A stretch of DNA of 64,000 nt, from positions 3,322 to 67,321 of the forward strand of contig MHMW01000018.1 in the NCBI GenBank assembly GCA_001819495.1, written 5' to 3'. Positions 27,899 to 36,199 of this stretch are shown in pieces. The translations under genes and the position numbers were made by a program. This DNA is from Candidatus Portnoybacteria bacterium RBG_19FT_COMBO_36_7. Lineage in GTDB: Bacteria > Patescibacteriota > Minisyncoccia > Portnoybacterales > GWB1-42-6. Each line of letters starts with the position of its first letter. Position 1 is the first letter of the stretch. The notes beneath the pieces were generated by a model. That model had not been told where the DNA came from, made no database searches, and saw only the letters and a program-made list of their open reading frames with translations.

Positions 27899-27969
27899 CT
27901 GCGGGGCTTGGAATCGAACCAAGATTCCCAGATTCAGAGTCTGGTTGCCTACCTTTAGCAGACCCCGCA
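27899..27969 (-). tRNA. tRNA-Gln (anticodon CUG)
   Basis: Hand-folded cloverleaf: acceptor UGCGGGG/CCCCGCA (U1-A72), anticodon stem CCAGA/UCUGG with loop CUCUGAA, T-arm CUUGG-UUCGAUU-CCAAG, discriminator G. No CCA is encoded. Confidence 0.8.
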
Positions 27970-27982
27970 GTAAACCCCGCAA

Positions 27983-28894
27983 TTATACCCTCAAATATCG
28001 CCTAATTGCAATAAAGCTGGACAGCGAACCAAGAACCGCGCCCACGCCGACCAAAAGCATTAATATTTGTCCGATATTTACTTCAAAAAAATACAGGAGG
28101 TCAACTTCGGGCAGGAATGAAGTAATCTTGGGCGAAACAAAATAAAGCGCCGGATAAAGAATTATTAAAGTGGCCATCGCCGCCAAAATGCCGTAAATTA
28201 CGCCCTCAACCACGAACGGCCCCCTGATATACCAATTGCTCGCCCCAACCAGCCTCATCACCGAAATCTCGTCTTTCCAGTTATACATGGTTAAGCGAAC
28301 CGTATTAAATGTGATAAAAATCGCCATGAGCGCCAAAACTAAACTCGCAATAATTCCTCCGCGGCCGATATTTGAGGCCAAGTTAGAAACGCGTTCAATT
28401 ACCTCCCTGTTTTGATGATAATTTACTTTATCTACCAGAGAAGCATACTTTGACTGTTCCAAAAATCCGGCAATGGTCTCAAACTGAGCAGCCGACTGGG
28501 CTTTGATGTTGAGACTGGCCTGAAGCGGATTGTCATCAAGCTCATCCAGGCTCTGCAAAAGGGTTTGGTTGTCTTTATGCCGCTCTTTAAATTGTTTTAA
28601 CGCTTCCTCTTTTGAAACATATTCAACTGATTTGACCTCAGACAACTTTATCAGATCCTGCCTGATAGCCAGAATATCATTCTCCGGCGACTCGGAATTA
28701 AAATAAGCGCTGACGTCAACTTTATTTTCCAAATCCGCTACCACCGATTGAGTTATCACGTTCAAAAGAAGAAGGCTTGTCATTACAAACAAGGTTAGCA
28801 CAATTATGGAAATCGTGGCGGCTGAAAGCCAGCTGTTGCGCCAGAAATTCTGAAAACCGGTTTTAATAATGCGCAAAAGATTCGTTCTAATCAT
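27983..28894 (-). CDS. ftsX: cell-division ABC permease FtsX
   Basis: 303 aa with four TM helices and a large periplasmic loop, downstream of ftsE. Confidence 0.85.
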   Translation of the reverse strand: MIRTNLLRIIKTGFQNFWRNSWLSAATISIIVLTLFVMTSLLLLNVITQSVVADLENKVDVSAYFNSESPENDILAIRQDLIKLSEVKSVEYVSKEEALKQFKERHKDNQTLLQSLDELDDNPLQASLNIKAQSAAQFETIAGFLEQSKYASLVDKVNYHQNREVIERVSNLASNIGRGGIIASLVLALMAIFITFNTVRLTMYNWKDEISVMRLVGASNWYIRGPFVVEGVIYGILAAMATLIILYPALYFVSPKITSFLPEVDLLYFFEVNIGQILMLLVGVGAVLGSLSSFIAIRRYLRV

Positions 28895-28927
28895 AAGTTT
28901 TGAATTTTGACATTTGACCTTTGAACT

Positions 28928-29623
28928 TTAAAGAATATACCTCCCTTTCTGCTCATCTCTGATTAATTTTCCTTTATCCAGCGTTATTACCCGCCGGCTC
29001 AGATTGTTTATAATGTCTCTGTCGTGTGTCGCCAAAATTATCGTCGTGCCAAGTTCGTTGATTTTCAGCAGCAATTTAATGATGTCCCAGGTATTCAATA
29101 AATCAAGATTGCCTGTCGGCTCGTCGGCCAGAATAACCGAAGGCCGGTGCACCAGGGCTCTGGCAATGGCCACTCTCTGTTTTTCCCCGCCGGATAACTG
29201 ATGCGGAAAATAATCCCTTTTGTCAGCCAAGCCAACCACGTCCAAAACCTGAGGGACATCTTGTCCTATTTCTTTGTTGCTGTCGCCGGCCGCTTCCATG
29301 GCAAAAGCCACATTCTCATAAGCCGTTCGGTTGGCCAGCAATCTAAAATCCTGAAAAACCATGCCGATTTTTCTCCTGATTTCTGGCAGATGCTTTAAAC
29401 TGACAAGGTTAAGATTCTGATTATCAAGCATTACTTTGCCTTCGGTCGGCTTTTCTTCGCCAATCAGAAGCTTGAGGAGAGTCGATTTTCCCGCGCCCGA
29501 AGGCCCGGCCAGAGATATAAACTCCTGAGGGCGGATACGAAGATTAATACTGTCCAGCGCCACGCATGGATCAGAACTCCCGTTGCAATTATAGATTTTG
29601 CTTACATTTTCAAAATAAATCAT
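28928..29623 (-). CDS. ftsE: cell-division ABC ATPase FtsE
   Basis: It has Walker [10 protein letters not shown], the signature LSGGEKQR and Walker [12 protein letters not shown]. Confidence 0.9.
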   Translation of the reverse strand: MIYFENVSKIYNCNGSSDPCVALDSINLRIRPQEFISLAGPSGAGKSTLLKLLIGEEKPTEGKVMLDNQNLNLVSLKHLPEIRRKIGMVFQDFRLLANRTAYENVAFAMEAAGDSNKEIGQDVPQVLDVVGLADKRDYFPHQLSGGEKQRVAIARALVHRPSVILADEPTGNLDLLNTWDIIKLLLKINELGTTIILATHDRDIINNLSRRVITLDKGKLIRDEQKGRYIL

Positions 29624-29626
29624 TTT

Positions 29627-30725
29627 TTATTTCATTTTTATCTCTGCTTCTAAGAATTCATCAAGCTCTCCGTCTAGGATTTTTTCTGGCTGGCGGGATT
29701 CTGTTTCTGTTCGGTGGTCTTTGACTAATTTGTAAGGATGCAGGACGTATGAGCGGATTTGTGCGCCCCATTCGGCCGTACCTTCAGAAACTTTTTTGCC
29801 GCTTCTAATTTTCTGAGTTTCTTTTTCCTGTTTTTTGAGCTCCAGCGCAAAGAGCTTGCTGTAAAGAATGGCCATTGCCTTTTCTTTATTCATTGATTGG
29901 GAGCGTTCGCTTTGGGCCGCCACCGCGATGCCGGTCGGCTCATGAGTTATGCGCACAGCCGTTTCAACTTTATTGACATTCTGGCCGCCCGGGCCGGAAG
30001 AACGGAATGTATCAATGCGTAGGTCGTTGGGATTTATTTTTATTTCTGTTAGTTTTTCAAATTCAGGCAGGACTTCCACTAGGGCAAATGATGTATGGCG
30101 CAGATTGTTGGCGTTAAAAGGTGAAAGACGGACTAGCCGGTGCACGCCTCCTTCACCTTTCAAATATCCATACGCGTAAGGCCCGCGAATTTCCAAAGTG
30201 GCGTTTTTTATGCCTGCTTCAGCGCCTTCGTGAGTATGCAAAACTTTTGTGGCAAATCCGCGCGCTTGTCCGTATCTCTGATACATGCGCAGAAGCATTT
30301 GCGCCCAGTCCTGCGCCTCGGTTCCGCCCGCTCCTGAATAAATTGACAGAAGAGCGTTGTTTGAATCGTATTTGCCGGACAAAAAAGTTTTTAATTCTTC
30401 TTTGGCGATTATTTTTTCAAGCTCCAAATATTTTTCTTCGAGATCCTTGTTCAATTTTTCGTCTGACTCCGCAAGCTGCTGCAATTCTGCCAGCTCTGCC
30501 AGGTCTTTTTCTATTTTCTCCCATCTTTCTTTGTCTTCTTTGAGCGCGTTGACTTGCTGCGCTATTTCTTTGGCGCTTTCCTGGTCTTTCCAGAAATCAG
30601 GCTCCCCCATCATTTTCTCCAGTCCTTTGATTTTAACCTCTTTGGAAGGTAAATCAAAGATAGTCCGTGATCTTTTGGACCCGGCCTTTAAGATTTTCTA
30701 TTTGTTTTTCCAAATTCTCAATCAT
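29627..30725 (-). CDS. prfB: peptide chain release factor 2, with a programmed +1 frameshift
   Basis: The main ORF has the GGQ motif (SGPGGQNVNK) and SPF. A short upstream ORF starts at ATG 30725 (MIENLEKQIENLKGRVQKITDYL) and ends at the classic CUU UGA U shift site (30654..30659). After the shift it continues in the +1 frame into DLPSKEVKIKGLEKMMGEPDFW. Confidence 0.85.
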
Positions 30726-30753
30726 TTACTCTACTAATTATATTATGCCTGTC

Positions 30754-30799
30754 AAAAAAAAACAACAAAAGAGAGCCAGCGGTCCCGCCATTGCGGGAC
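30754..30799 (-). terminator. rho-independent terminator after tRNA-Thr
   Basis: Hairpin GUCCCGCAAUGGCGGGAC is followed by a U-rich tract of 9+ nt on the minus strand. Confidence 0.65.
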
Positions 30800-30829
30800 G
30801 ACCGGAGTTTATCCCGCACCTTTTTGCTG

Positions 30830-30901
30830 AGCCGATGGTCGGGATTGAACCGACAACCTATCGCTTACGAAGCGATTGCTCTACCATTGAGCTACATCGG
30901 C
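30830..30901 (-). tRNA. tRNA-Thr (anticodon CGU)
   Basis: Hand-folded: acceptor GCCGAUG/CAUCGGC, D-arm GCUC-AAUGGUA-GAGC, anticodon stem AUCGC/GCGAU with loop UUCGUAA, T-arm GUCGG-UUCAAUC-CCGAC, discriminator U. No CCA is encoded. Confidence 0.85.
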
Positions 30902-31016
30902 ATAAAGGTGCAGGGCTGCCGACTGAGCTACGCTGGCGATACACTTTTCAACCTATCATAAAACGTACCTCTTGTGAACTACTTGACAAGATTTTTAGAA
31001 CTGATAAACTGACCTT

Positions 31017-31041
31017 ATACCTATACCATAGGTATAGGTAT
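31017..31041. promoter_or_regulatory. candidate CsoR operator: a 10-5-10 perfect inverted repeat
   Basis: ATACCTATAC-CATAG-GTATAGGTAT overlaps a TATAAT hexamer 22 nt upstream of csoR. The TACC...GGTA arms resemble known CsoR boxes. Confidence 0.5.
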
Positions 31042-31063
31042 AATAATTTTTAATAAAACTTTT

Positions 31064-31333
31064 ATGAAAGACAAACAAGACGCTTTAGTAAATTTCAAAA
31101 AGGCCCACAGTCATCTGGCCAATCTTATCAAGATGACCGAGCAGGGCGAATACTGCATCAACATTATGCAGCAGAACCTGGCTGTCATCGGGCTTTTGAA
31201 ATCAGCCCATCAGATGCTGATGGAAAATCATTTAAACACCTGCTTCAAAACCGCGATGTCAACAAAGAACGAAAAAAGAAAGCAGGAGATGACGCAGGAA
31301 ATTTTGGGCGTCACAAGACTTTTTAATAAATAA
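31064..31333 (+). CDS. csoR: CsoR/RcnR-family metal-sensing transcriptional repressor
   Basis: 89 aa, all-helical, with conserved Cys and His ligands (EYCINI, NHLNTC). It is the first gene of a copper-handling operon. Confidence 0.75.
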   Translation: MKDKQDALVNFKKAHSHLANLIKMTEQGEYCINIMQQNLAVIGLLKSAHQMLMENHLNTCFKTAMSTKNEKRKQEMTQEILGVTRLFNK

Positions 31334-31337
31334 AAAA

Positions 31338-32726
31338 ATGGACAATAAAATAAAAGAATTTACTTATGCCGTCCGCGGCATGCACTGCGCCTCCTGCGAA
31401 ATTCTGATAGAGAAAAAACTGCTGGAGCTGCCGCAGATAAAATCGGCCGACGCCTCAAACCCAAGGGGCCGGGTGACCATAGAATACGAAAACCAGAGGC
31501 CTTCTGCCAAAGAACTTTCGGCGATGTTTGAAAAAGAAAACTACGAATTTTTTGAAACATCCCAGAAAAAAGAGGAAAATCCGCCATCAAATAATCTGGC
31601 TAAATCCTTTCTTGTGGCTCTGGTTTTAATCGCCAGCTTCCTGGCGCTCAATAAGCTCGGCCTCTCAAAATTGATTAACGTCAACTCCGCCTCTTCCCTG
31701 CCGACATTCTTTGTCTTCGGCCTGCTGGCGGGTGTATCTTCCTGCGCCGCGCTGGTTGGCGGAATAATTCTTTCTATGTCAAAGCAATGGATGGCGCTTT
31801 ATTCCGCAAATGATTCGCTTCTTGTCAAATCGCGGCCGCACGTCATGTTCAACATCGGCCGCCTATTCTCTTATTTTGTTTTGGGGGGGATGCTCGGCCT
31901 CGTCGGCCAAAAACTCCATCTATCCCTAACTTTTTCATCGGTTCTGGTCATTGCTATCTCTGTCATTATGGTGTTTTTGGCTCTACAGATGATCGGCGTC
32001 AAGTATTTCAAACAGTTCCAGTTCGCTCTGCCAAAATCGCTCACCAGATACATCGCCGACACGTCAAATTTCAAAGGCCGCTGGATGCCGACTTTATTGG
32101 GTGCCTTAACTTTTTTTCTCCCATGCGGATTCACCATCACAGCCCAGGGGCTGGCTCTGCTTTCAGGAAATTTTTTCCAGGGCGGCATGATCATGTTTTT
32201 TTTCGCTCTGGGAACGTTATTTCCCCTGCTTGCTATCGGGCTTTCAAGCGTCAAATTTTCTTCAAGCCATCATATATCAAACCAGTTTTTAAAAGTGGCC
32301 GGGCTGGTCGTCTTATTCTTTGCTGTTTTTAACATCAATTCGCAATTGAATGTTTTTGGCTTCAACGGATTTAGTGATTTGGTTTCTGGCGCCGCGCAAA
32401 AAAATCCAGTCAATCAGCAAAATGATCTGCCGCCGATAGTGGAAGGCAAACAAATCCTTAAAATGAATGCCTCATCTTCCGGATACAGCCCCAGGACCCT
32501 GAAAGTCAGAGTCGGCGTGCCTGTTCGCTGGGAAATCACCGATATTGGAACAAGCGGCTGCACCAACGCAATAATTTCACGAAATTTATTCAGCGGACAA
32601 ATCAATTTGACGCCAGGCCGGACCAGCATTAAAGAATTCACTCCGCAAAAAGTGGGACAATACAGATTTTCCTGCTGGATGGGCATGGTGACAGGCGTCA
32701 TTGAAGTTATCGACAATAATTCATAA
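31338..32726 (+). CDS. heavy-metal-associated (HMA) domain membrane protein with a CcdA/TauE-like permease core and a C-terminal cupredoxin-like domain
   Basis: It has an N-terminal MHCASCE HMA fold, six to eight TM helices with Cys in GVSSCAAL and FFLPCGF, and a C-terminal beta domain with a [16 protein letters not shown] plastocyanin-like ligand loop. Confidence 0.5.
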   Translation: MDNKIKEFTYAVRGMHCASCEILIEKKLLELPQIKSADASNPRGRVTIEYENQRPSAKELSAMFEKENYEFFETSQKKEENPPSNNLAKSFLVALVLIASFLALNKLGLSKLINVNSASSLPTFFVFGLLAGVSSCAALVGGIILSMSKQWMALYSANDSLLVKSRPHVMFNIGRLFSYFVLGGMLGLVGQKLHLSLTFSSVLVIAISVIMVFLALQMIGVKYFKQFQFALPKSLTRYIADTSNFKGRWMPTLLGALTFFLPCGFTITAQGLALLSGNFFQGGMIMFFFALGTLFPLLAIGLSSVKFSSSHHISNQFLKVAGLVVLFFAVFNINSQLNVFGFNGFSDLVSGAAQKNPVNQQNDLPPIVEGKQILKMNASSSGYSPRTLKVRVGVPVRWEITDIGTSGCTNAIISRNLFSGQINLTPGRTSIKEFTPQKVGQYRFSCWMGMVTGVIEVIDNNS

Positions 32727-32740
32727 TTCAGTGCAAAATT

Positions 32741-35017
32741 ATGGCCAATAAAATTATCCTGAAAATTTCTGGCATGCACTGTGCTTCCTGCGCTGCCAAC
32801 ATCGAACGCGCCCTGACAAAAGAAAAAGGTATCGTATCGGCTAATGTCAATTATGCTAACGAAAAAGCTTATCTGGAATTTAATCCGCAACAATCCTCCA
32901 TTGAAAGAATTAAGAAAGTTATTAAAGATACCGGCTACGCGGCAAACGAAGAATCTCGCGATATGACCATAGCCGGCCACCACGACCATCAAAAAGAAGC
33001 ATCCTTGAAAGAAATGACAAGTCTTAAAAAGCGCTTCTTTTATTCGCTCGTTCTGGGCCTGCCGGTTATTTACGCGGTTATGGGCGGACTGGCCGGCCTG
33101 CCTCTGCCTGAATTTTTTGAAAAATACGGCATGCCCATCCAATTTCTGCTTTCTACTGCGGTTATTCTGACCTGTTTTAACATCTGGACTTCGGGATTTA
33201 AAAGCCTTATCAAACTACGGCCAAATATGGATTCTCTGATATTTGTCGGCACGGCGGCCGCTTATTTTTACAGCTCTGCGCTTTTCGCTCAGACACTTTT
33301 TGGTGCAAAAATCGGAATGGAAAATCTCTATTTTGAAAGCGCGATTTTTATTTTAATCTTCATTTCCCTGGGCAAATATCTGGAAGCGATAACAAAAGGA
33401 AGAACATCCGAAGCGATAAAAAAACTGATAGGCCTGGCGCCAAAAGAAGCGACGATTATAAAAAATGGGCAGGAAGCGAGAATTCCGATTGCCGAGGTTC
33501 GCGAAGGCGATATAATTTTGGTGCGGCCCGGTGAAAAAATCCCGGTTGATGGCGTTGTTGTTGAGGGCTACTCGGCCGTTGACGAAAAAACCATTACCGG
33601 CGAAAGCATCCCGGTTGAGAAAAAAGAAGGCTCGCAAGTTATCGGCGCCACCATCAATAAAACCGGCTCATTTCGATTCCGGGCAACAAAAATCGGCAGT
33701 CAAACAATGCTAGCCCAGATAATAAAAATAGTTGAAGAGGCGATGGGTTCAAAAGCATCCATTCAGCTTATGGCCGATAGAGTATCCTTATATTTTGTGC
33801 CTGCGGTTATTACGATAGCCATTTTATCTTCTGCTATCTGGCTTTTTTTTGGATACCAGTTTGCATTTGTGTTAACAATCTTTGTTTCAGTGCTCATCAT
33901 CGCCTGCCCCTGCGCGCTGGGGCTGGCCACGCCGACAGCCATTATGGTCGGCTCGGGCCTGGCAGCGCAGCGCGGCATTTTAATAAAAACTGGAGATGCC
34001 TTAGAAATAGCCCGAAAAGTGAATTTTGTAGTCTTTGACAAAACCGGCACGCTGACCAGCGGCGAGCCGTCAGTAACTGATGTTTTAGGTGAAGGACAGA
34101 ATGAAATTTTACAGCTAGCCGCTTCAATTGAAAAAAAATCAGAGCATCCTCTGGCGCAAGCGATTGTAAAAAAAGCGGAGCAGGATAATATAGCGATAAA
34201 AAATGCCACTGATTTTGAAGCTGTCCCGGGCAAAGGAGTAAAAGCGAAAATTGACGGGCAAGAAATCCTATTTGGGACCCGTAAATTAATGGCTGAAAAT
34301 AATATCAAAATCGATTCTACGGAAAACGATATGATCGCTTTAGAAGATAACGGCAAAACAGTCATGATCCTGGCGGCCGATAGCAAAATTGTCGGCTTGA
34401 TCGCGGTGGCTGATACGCTCAAAGAATATTCTCAAGAAGCGATAGATATTTTGCATAAAATGGGCAAAAAAGTCGCTATGCTAACCGGCGATAATAAACG
34501 CGTCGGCCAGGCAATCGCCAAACAAGTCGGCATAGATTATGTAATTGCAGAAGTTCTACCTCAAAATAAAGCAAAGGTTATTAAAGATTTACAGGCAGGA
34601 AATCAAATTGGAAATTGGAAATTGGAAATTGGAAATTCCCGCCAGGGGCGGGTGGTGGCTATGGTCGGCGACGGCATTAACGACGCGCCGGCTCTCGCCC
34701 AAGCTGACCTTGGCATCGCTTTGGGTTCGGGCACTGATGTGGCCATGGAAACCGGCCAGATAGTTTTGATCAAAGACGACCTCCGCGATGTGGTGACAGC
34801 AATAGACCTGAGCAAATACACTATCAAAAAAATTAAACAGAATCTTTTCTGGGCGTTCATCTATAATGTCGTGGGAATACCGATTGCCGCAGGTATCCTC
34901 TTCCCTTTCACCGGATGGCTCATGAGCCCGACAATTGCAGCCGCTGCCATGGCTTTCTCCTCAGTATCAGTCGTCTCAAATTCGCTTCTGATGCGGACAT
35001 ACAGGCCAAAAATCTAA
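32741..35017 (+). CDS. copA: copper-translocating P1B-type ATPase
   Basis: It has an N-terminal HMA ([12 protein letters not shown]), a CPC motif ([10 protein letters not shown]), DKTGTLT and GDGINDAP. It also contains an in-frame 15-aa low-complexity insert encoded by a heptamer repeat. Confidence 0.9.
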   Translation: MANKIILKISGMHCASCAANIERALTKEKGIVSANVNYANEKAYLEFNPQQSSIERIKKVIKDTGYAANEESRDMTIAGHHDHQKEASLKEMTSLKKRFFYSLVLGLPVIYAVMGGLAGLPLPEFFEKYGMPIQFLLSTAVILTCFNIWTSGFKSLIKLRPNMDSLIFVGTAAAYFYSSALFAQTLFGAKIGMENLYFESAIFILIFISLGKYLEAITKGRTSEAIKKLIGLAPKEATIIKNGQEARIPIAEVREGDIILVRPGEKIPVDGVVVEGYSAVDEKTITGESIPVEKKEGSQVIGATINKTGSFRFRATKIGSQTMLAQIIKIVEEAMGSKASIQLMADRVSLYFVPAVITIAILSSAIWLFFGYQFAFVLTIFVSVLIIACPCALGLATPTAIMVGSGLAAQRGILIKTGDALEIARKVNFVVFDKTGTLTSGEPSVTDVLGEGQNEILQLAASIEKKSEHPLAQAIVKKAEQDNIAIKNATDFEAVPGKGVKAKIDGQEILFGTRKLMAENNIKIDSTENDMIALEDNGKTVMILAADSKIVGLIAVADTLKEYSQEAIDILHKMGKKVAMLTGDNKRVGQAIAKQVGIDYVIAEVLPQNKAKVIKDLQAGNQIGNWKLEIGNSRQGRVVAMVGDGINDAPALAQADLGIALGSGTDVAMETGQIVLIKDDLRDVVTAIDLSKYTIKKIKQNLFWAFIYNVVGIPIAAGILFPFTGWLMSPTIAAAAMAFSSVSVVSNSLLMRTYRPKI
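34598..34639 (+). repeat. 7-bp tandem repeat (AAATTGG, four perfect copies plus imperfect flanking copies) inside copA
   Basis: The repeat is GGAAATC AAATTGG AAATTGG AAATTGG AAATTGG AAATTCC. It encodes [13 protein letters not shown] between the hinge region and the GDGINDAP motif. Confidence 0.8.
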
Positions 35018-35043
35018 TCAACCAAAAACGCCCCACAAGGGCG

Positions 35044-35072
35044 TTTTTTTATTTGACCTCGGTTCTTCCTAA
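35044..35072 (+). terminator. rho-independent terminator of the copper operon
   Basis: Hairpin AACGCCCCACAAGGGCGTT is followed by TTTTTTT. Confidence 0.75.
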
Positions 35073-35381
35073 AAGGAATACAGCAATATAAAAGTAATTA
35101 TAGTAACGATGAATAAACAGCCGACGGTGTAGGCAAGCAATGTAATCGCGTCCGATTTTTTGCCGTCCAGATAAAGCAATATCGGCCGACCAAGGATCAG
35201 CGCTCCGACAATTGTGGCCGAAATTACGAATAAAAGCAACAGCGCCACTGGCATCCAGAAACTTTCTGCCTTGCCGAAAAACTTTTCACCGTTAAACATC
35301 AGCCACGCCACGCCCGAAATATAAACGAACGCGGCCAGCGAATTAATGATGCTCCAAGATAATATTTTTGAGTTTTTCATA
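35069..35381 (-). CDS. small integral membrane protein (hypothetical)
   Basis: The start is placed at MKNSKILSWS, with three TM helices. The ORF-track N-terminal extension would overlap the tRNA-Gly gene and is rejected. Confidence 0.45.
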
Positions 35382-35402
35382 ATTTTATTATTAATGATTA
35401 TG

Positions 35403-35473
35403 AGCGGGATACGGGAATCGGACCCGTCTCTCGACCTTGGGAAGGTCGCATAATACCGATATACTAATCCCGC
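35403..35473 (-). tRNA. tRNA-Gly (anticodon CCC)
   Basis: Hand-folded: acceptor GCGGGAU/AUCCCGC, anticodon stem CGACC/GGUCG with loop UUCCCAA, T-arm ACGGG-UCCGAUU-CCCGU, discriminator U. Confidence 0.75.
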
Positions 35474-35503
35474 ACTTCGCCCCACAGACGGGCTCAGTAT
35501 AAA

Positions 35504-35926
35504 CTATCGGAAGAAAAACTTCCACCACTTTGAAAAATTAGATTCCATTTTTTTGACTGCCGAGGCCGGCAAAATATCTTTATTTTCCTCTTTTTGCGGC
35601 TGTGAATTTTGAGTAGCTAACGAATCTTTAAGCGGCTCGATTATCACCACTTCCTCCCCCGGTTTTTTCATATTTAATTTTTCCCTCGCTTCTTTTTCCA
35701 AAAAACTCTGACTGTCCAGATAATCTATCATTTCCGATATCTGCTGGTTAGATCTTTCCGCATTGCCAATCTGGGCTTTCAAATTATCGATTTCTTTGTT
35801 AATTTTATATTTCCTGTAATAGACATTGACCACGCTTAAAACCAGCCAAATAAAACCGAGCAATAGAAAAAACAGCGTTATCCGCGAACTTAATATTTTT
35901 TTTATTTTTGCGCCTTGCTCTGCCAT
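35504..35926 (-). CDS. FtsB/DivIC-like septum formation initiator (single TM plus coiled coil)
   Basis: 140 aa with an N-terminal TM helix (FFLLLGFIWLVLSVV), followed by a coiled coil with an EIDNLKAQ heptad pattern. Confidence 0.55.
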   Translation of the reverse strand: MAEQGAKIKKILSSRITLFFLLLGFIWLVLSVVNVYYRKYKINKEIDNLKAQIGNAERSNQQISEMIDYLDSQSFLEKEAREKLNMKKPGEEVVIIEPLKDSLATQNSQPQKEENKDILPASAVKKMESNFSKWWKFFFR

Positions 35927-35952
35927 AAAAATATTGATATACTCAAAATATG

Positions 35953-36020
35953 CCAGGTAGTGAAAATTCGACTGCTGCCCGGCAACAAATCCTAAATTAT
36001 GTCGAATTTCTACTACCTGG
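35953..36020 (+). mobile_element. element copy D: a 68-bp basic unit in inverse orientation
   Basis: TIRs CCAGGTAGTGAAAATTCGAC and GTCGAATTTCTACTACCTGG are flanked by TATG direct repeats at 35949..35952 and 36021..36024. The interior (TGCTGCCCGGCAACAAATCC...) is homologous to copy C. The gene-proximal end abuts the ATG of a small plus-strand ORF. Confidence 0.7.
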
Positions 36021-36021
36021 T

Positions 36022-36120
36022 ATGAAAAAGGGACAAATTTTTAAGATTGTTTGGACGCTTGTCATTGTTTTAATTGTCTTGAGCATGGTAATTCTTTTAA
36101 TCGCACCAATTTTTTATTAG
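36022..36120 (+). CDS. putative 32-aa single-TM micropeptide (MKKGQIFKIVWTLVIVLIVLSMVILLIAPIFY)
   Basis: Its ATG is in the same position relative to the element as the starts of three bona fide genes. It has a hydrophobic helix and is followed by hairpin AAATCGCGCGAGCGATTTTTT. Confidence 0.3.
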   Translation: MKKGQIFKIVWTLVIVLIVLSMVILLIAPIFY

Positions 36121-36199
36121 ATGTTCTGTTTTTACACCTGAAAATCTTGTAAGAAAATCGCGCGAGCGATTTTTTATTTTCGCCATAAAGGTAATTCCG

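Noticed and set aside
34598-34639. The short regularly spaced repeats (GGAAATT x4 and similar) were considered as a CRISPR array
   Set aside because: The units are 7 bp with no spacers, and they lie inside reading frames. There are no cas genes. They are microsatellites, not CRISPR.
35382-35485. N-terminal 35 aa of the 138-aa ORF (MGRSAGLVYRYYATFPRSRDGSDSRIPL...)
   Set aside because: It overlaps the tRNA-Gly gene on the same strand. The internal Met (MKNSKIL...) begins the hydrophobic protein.
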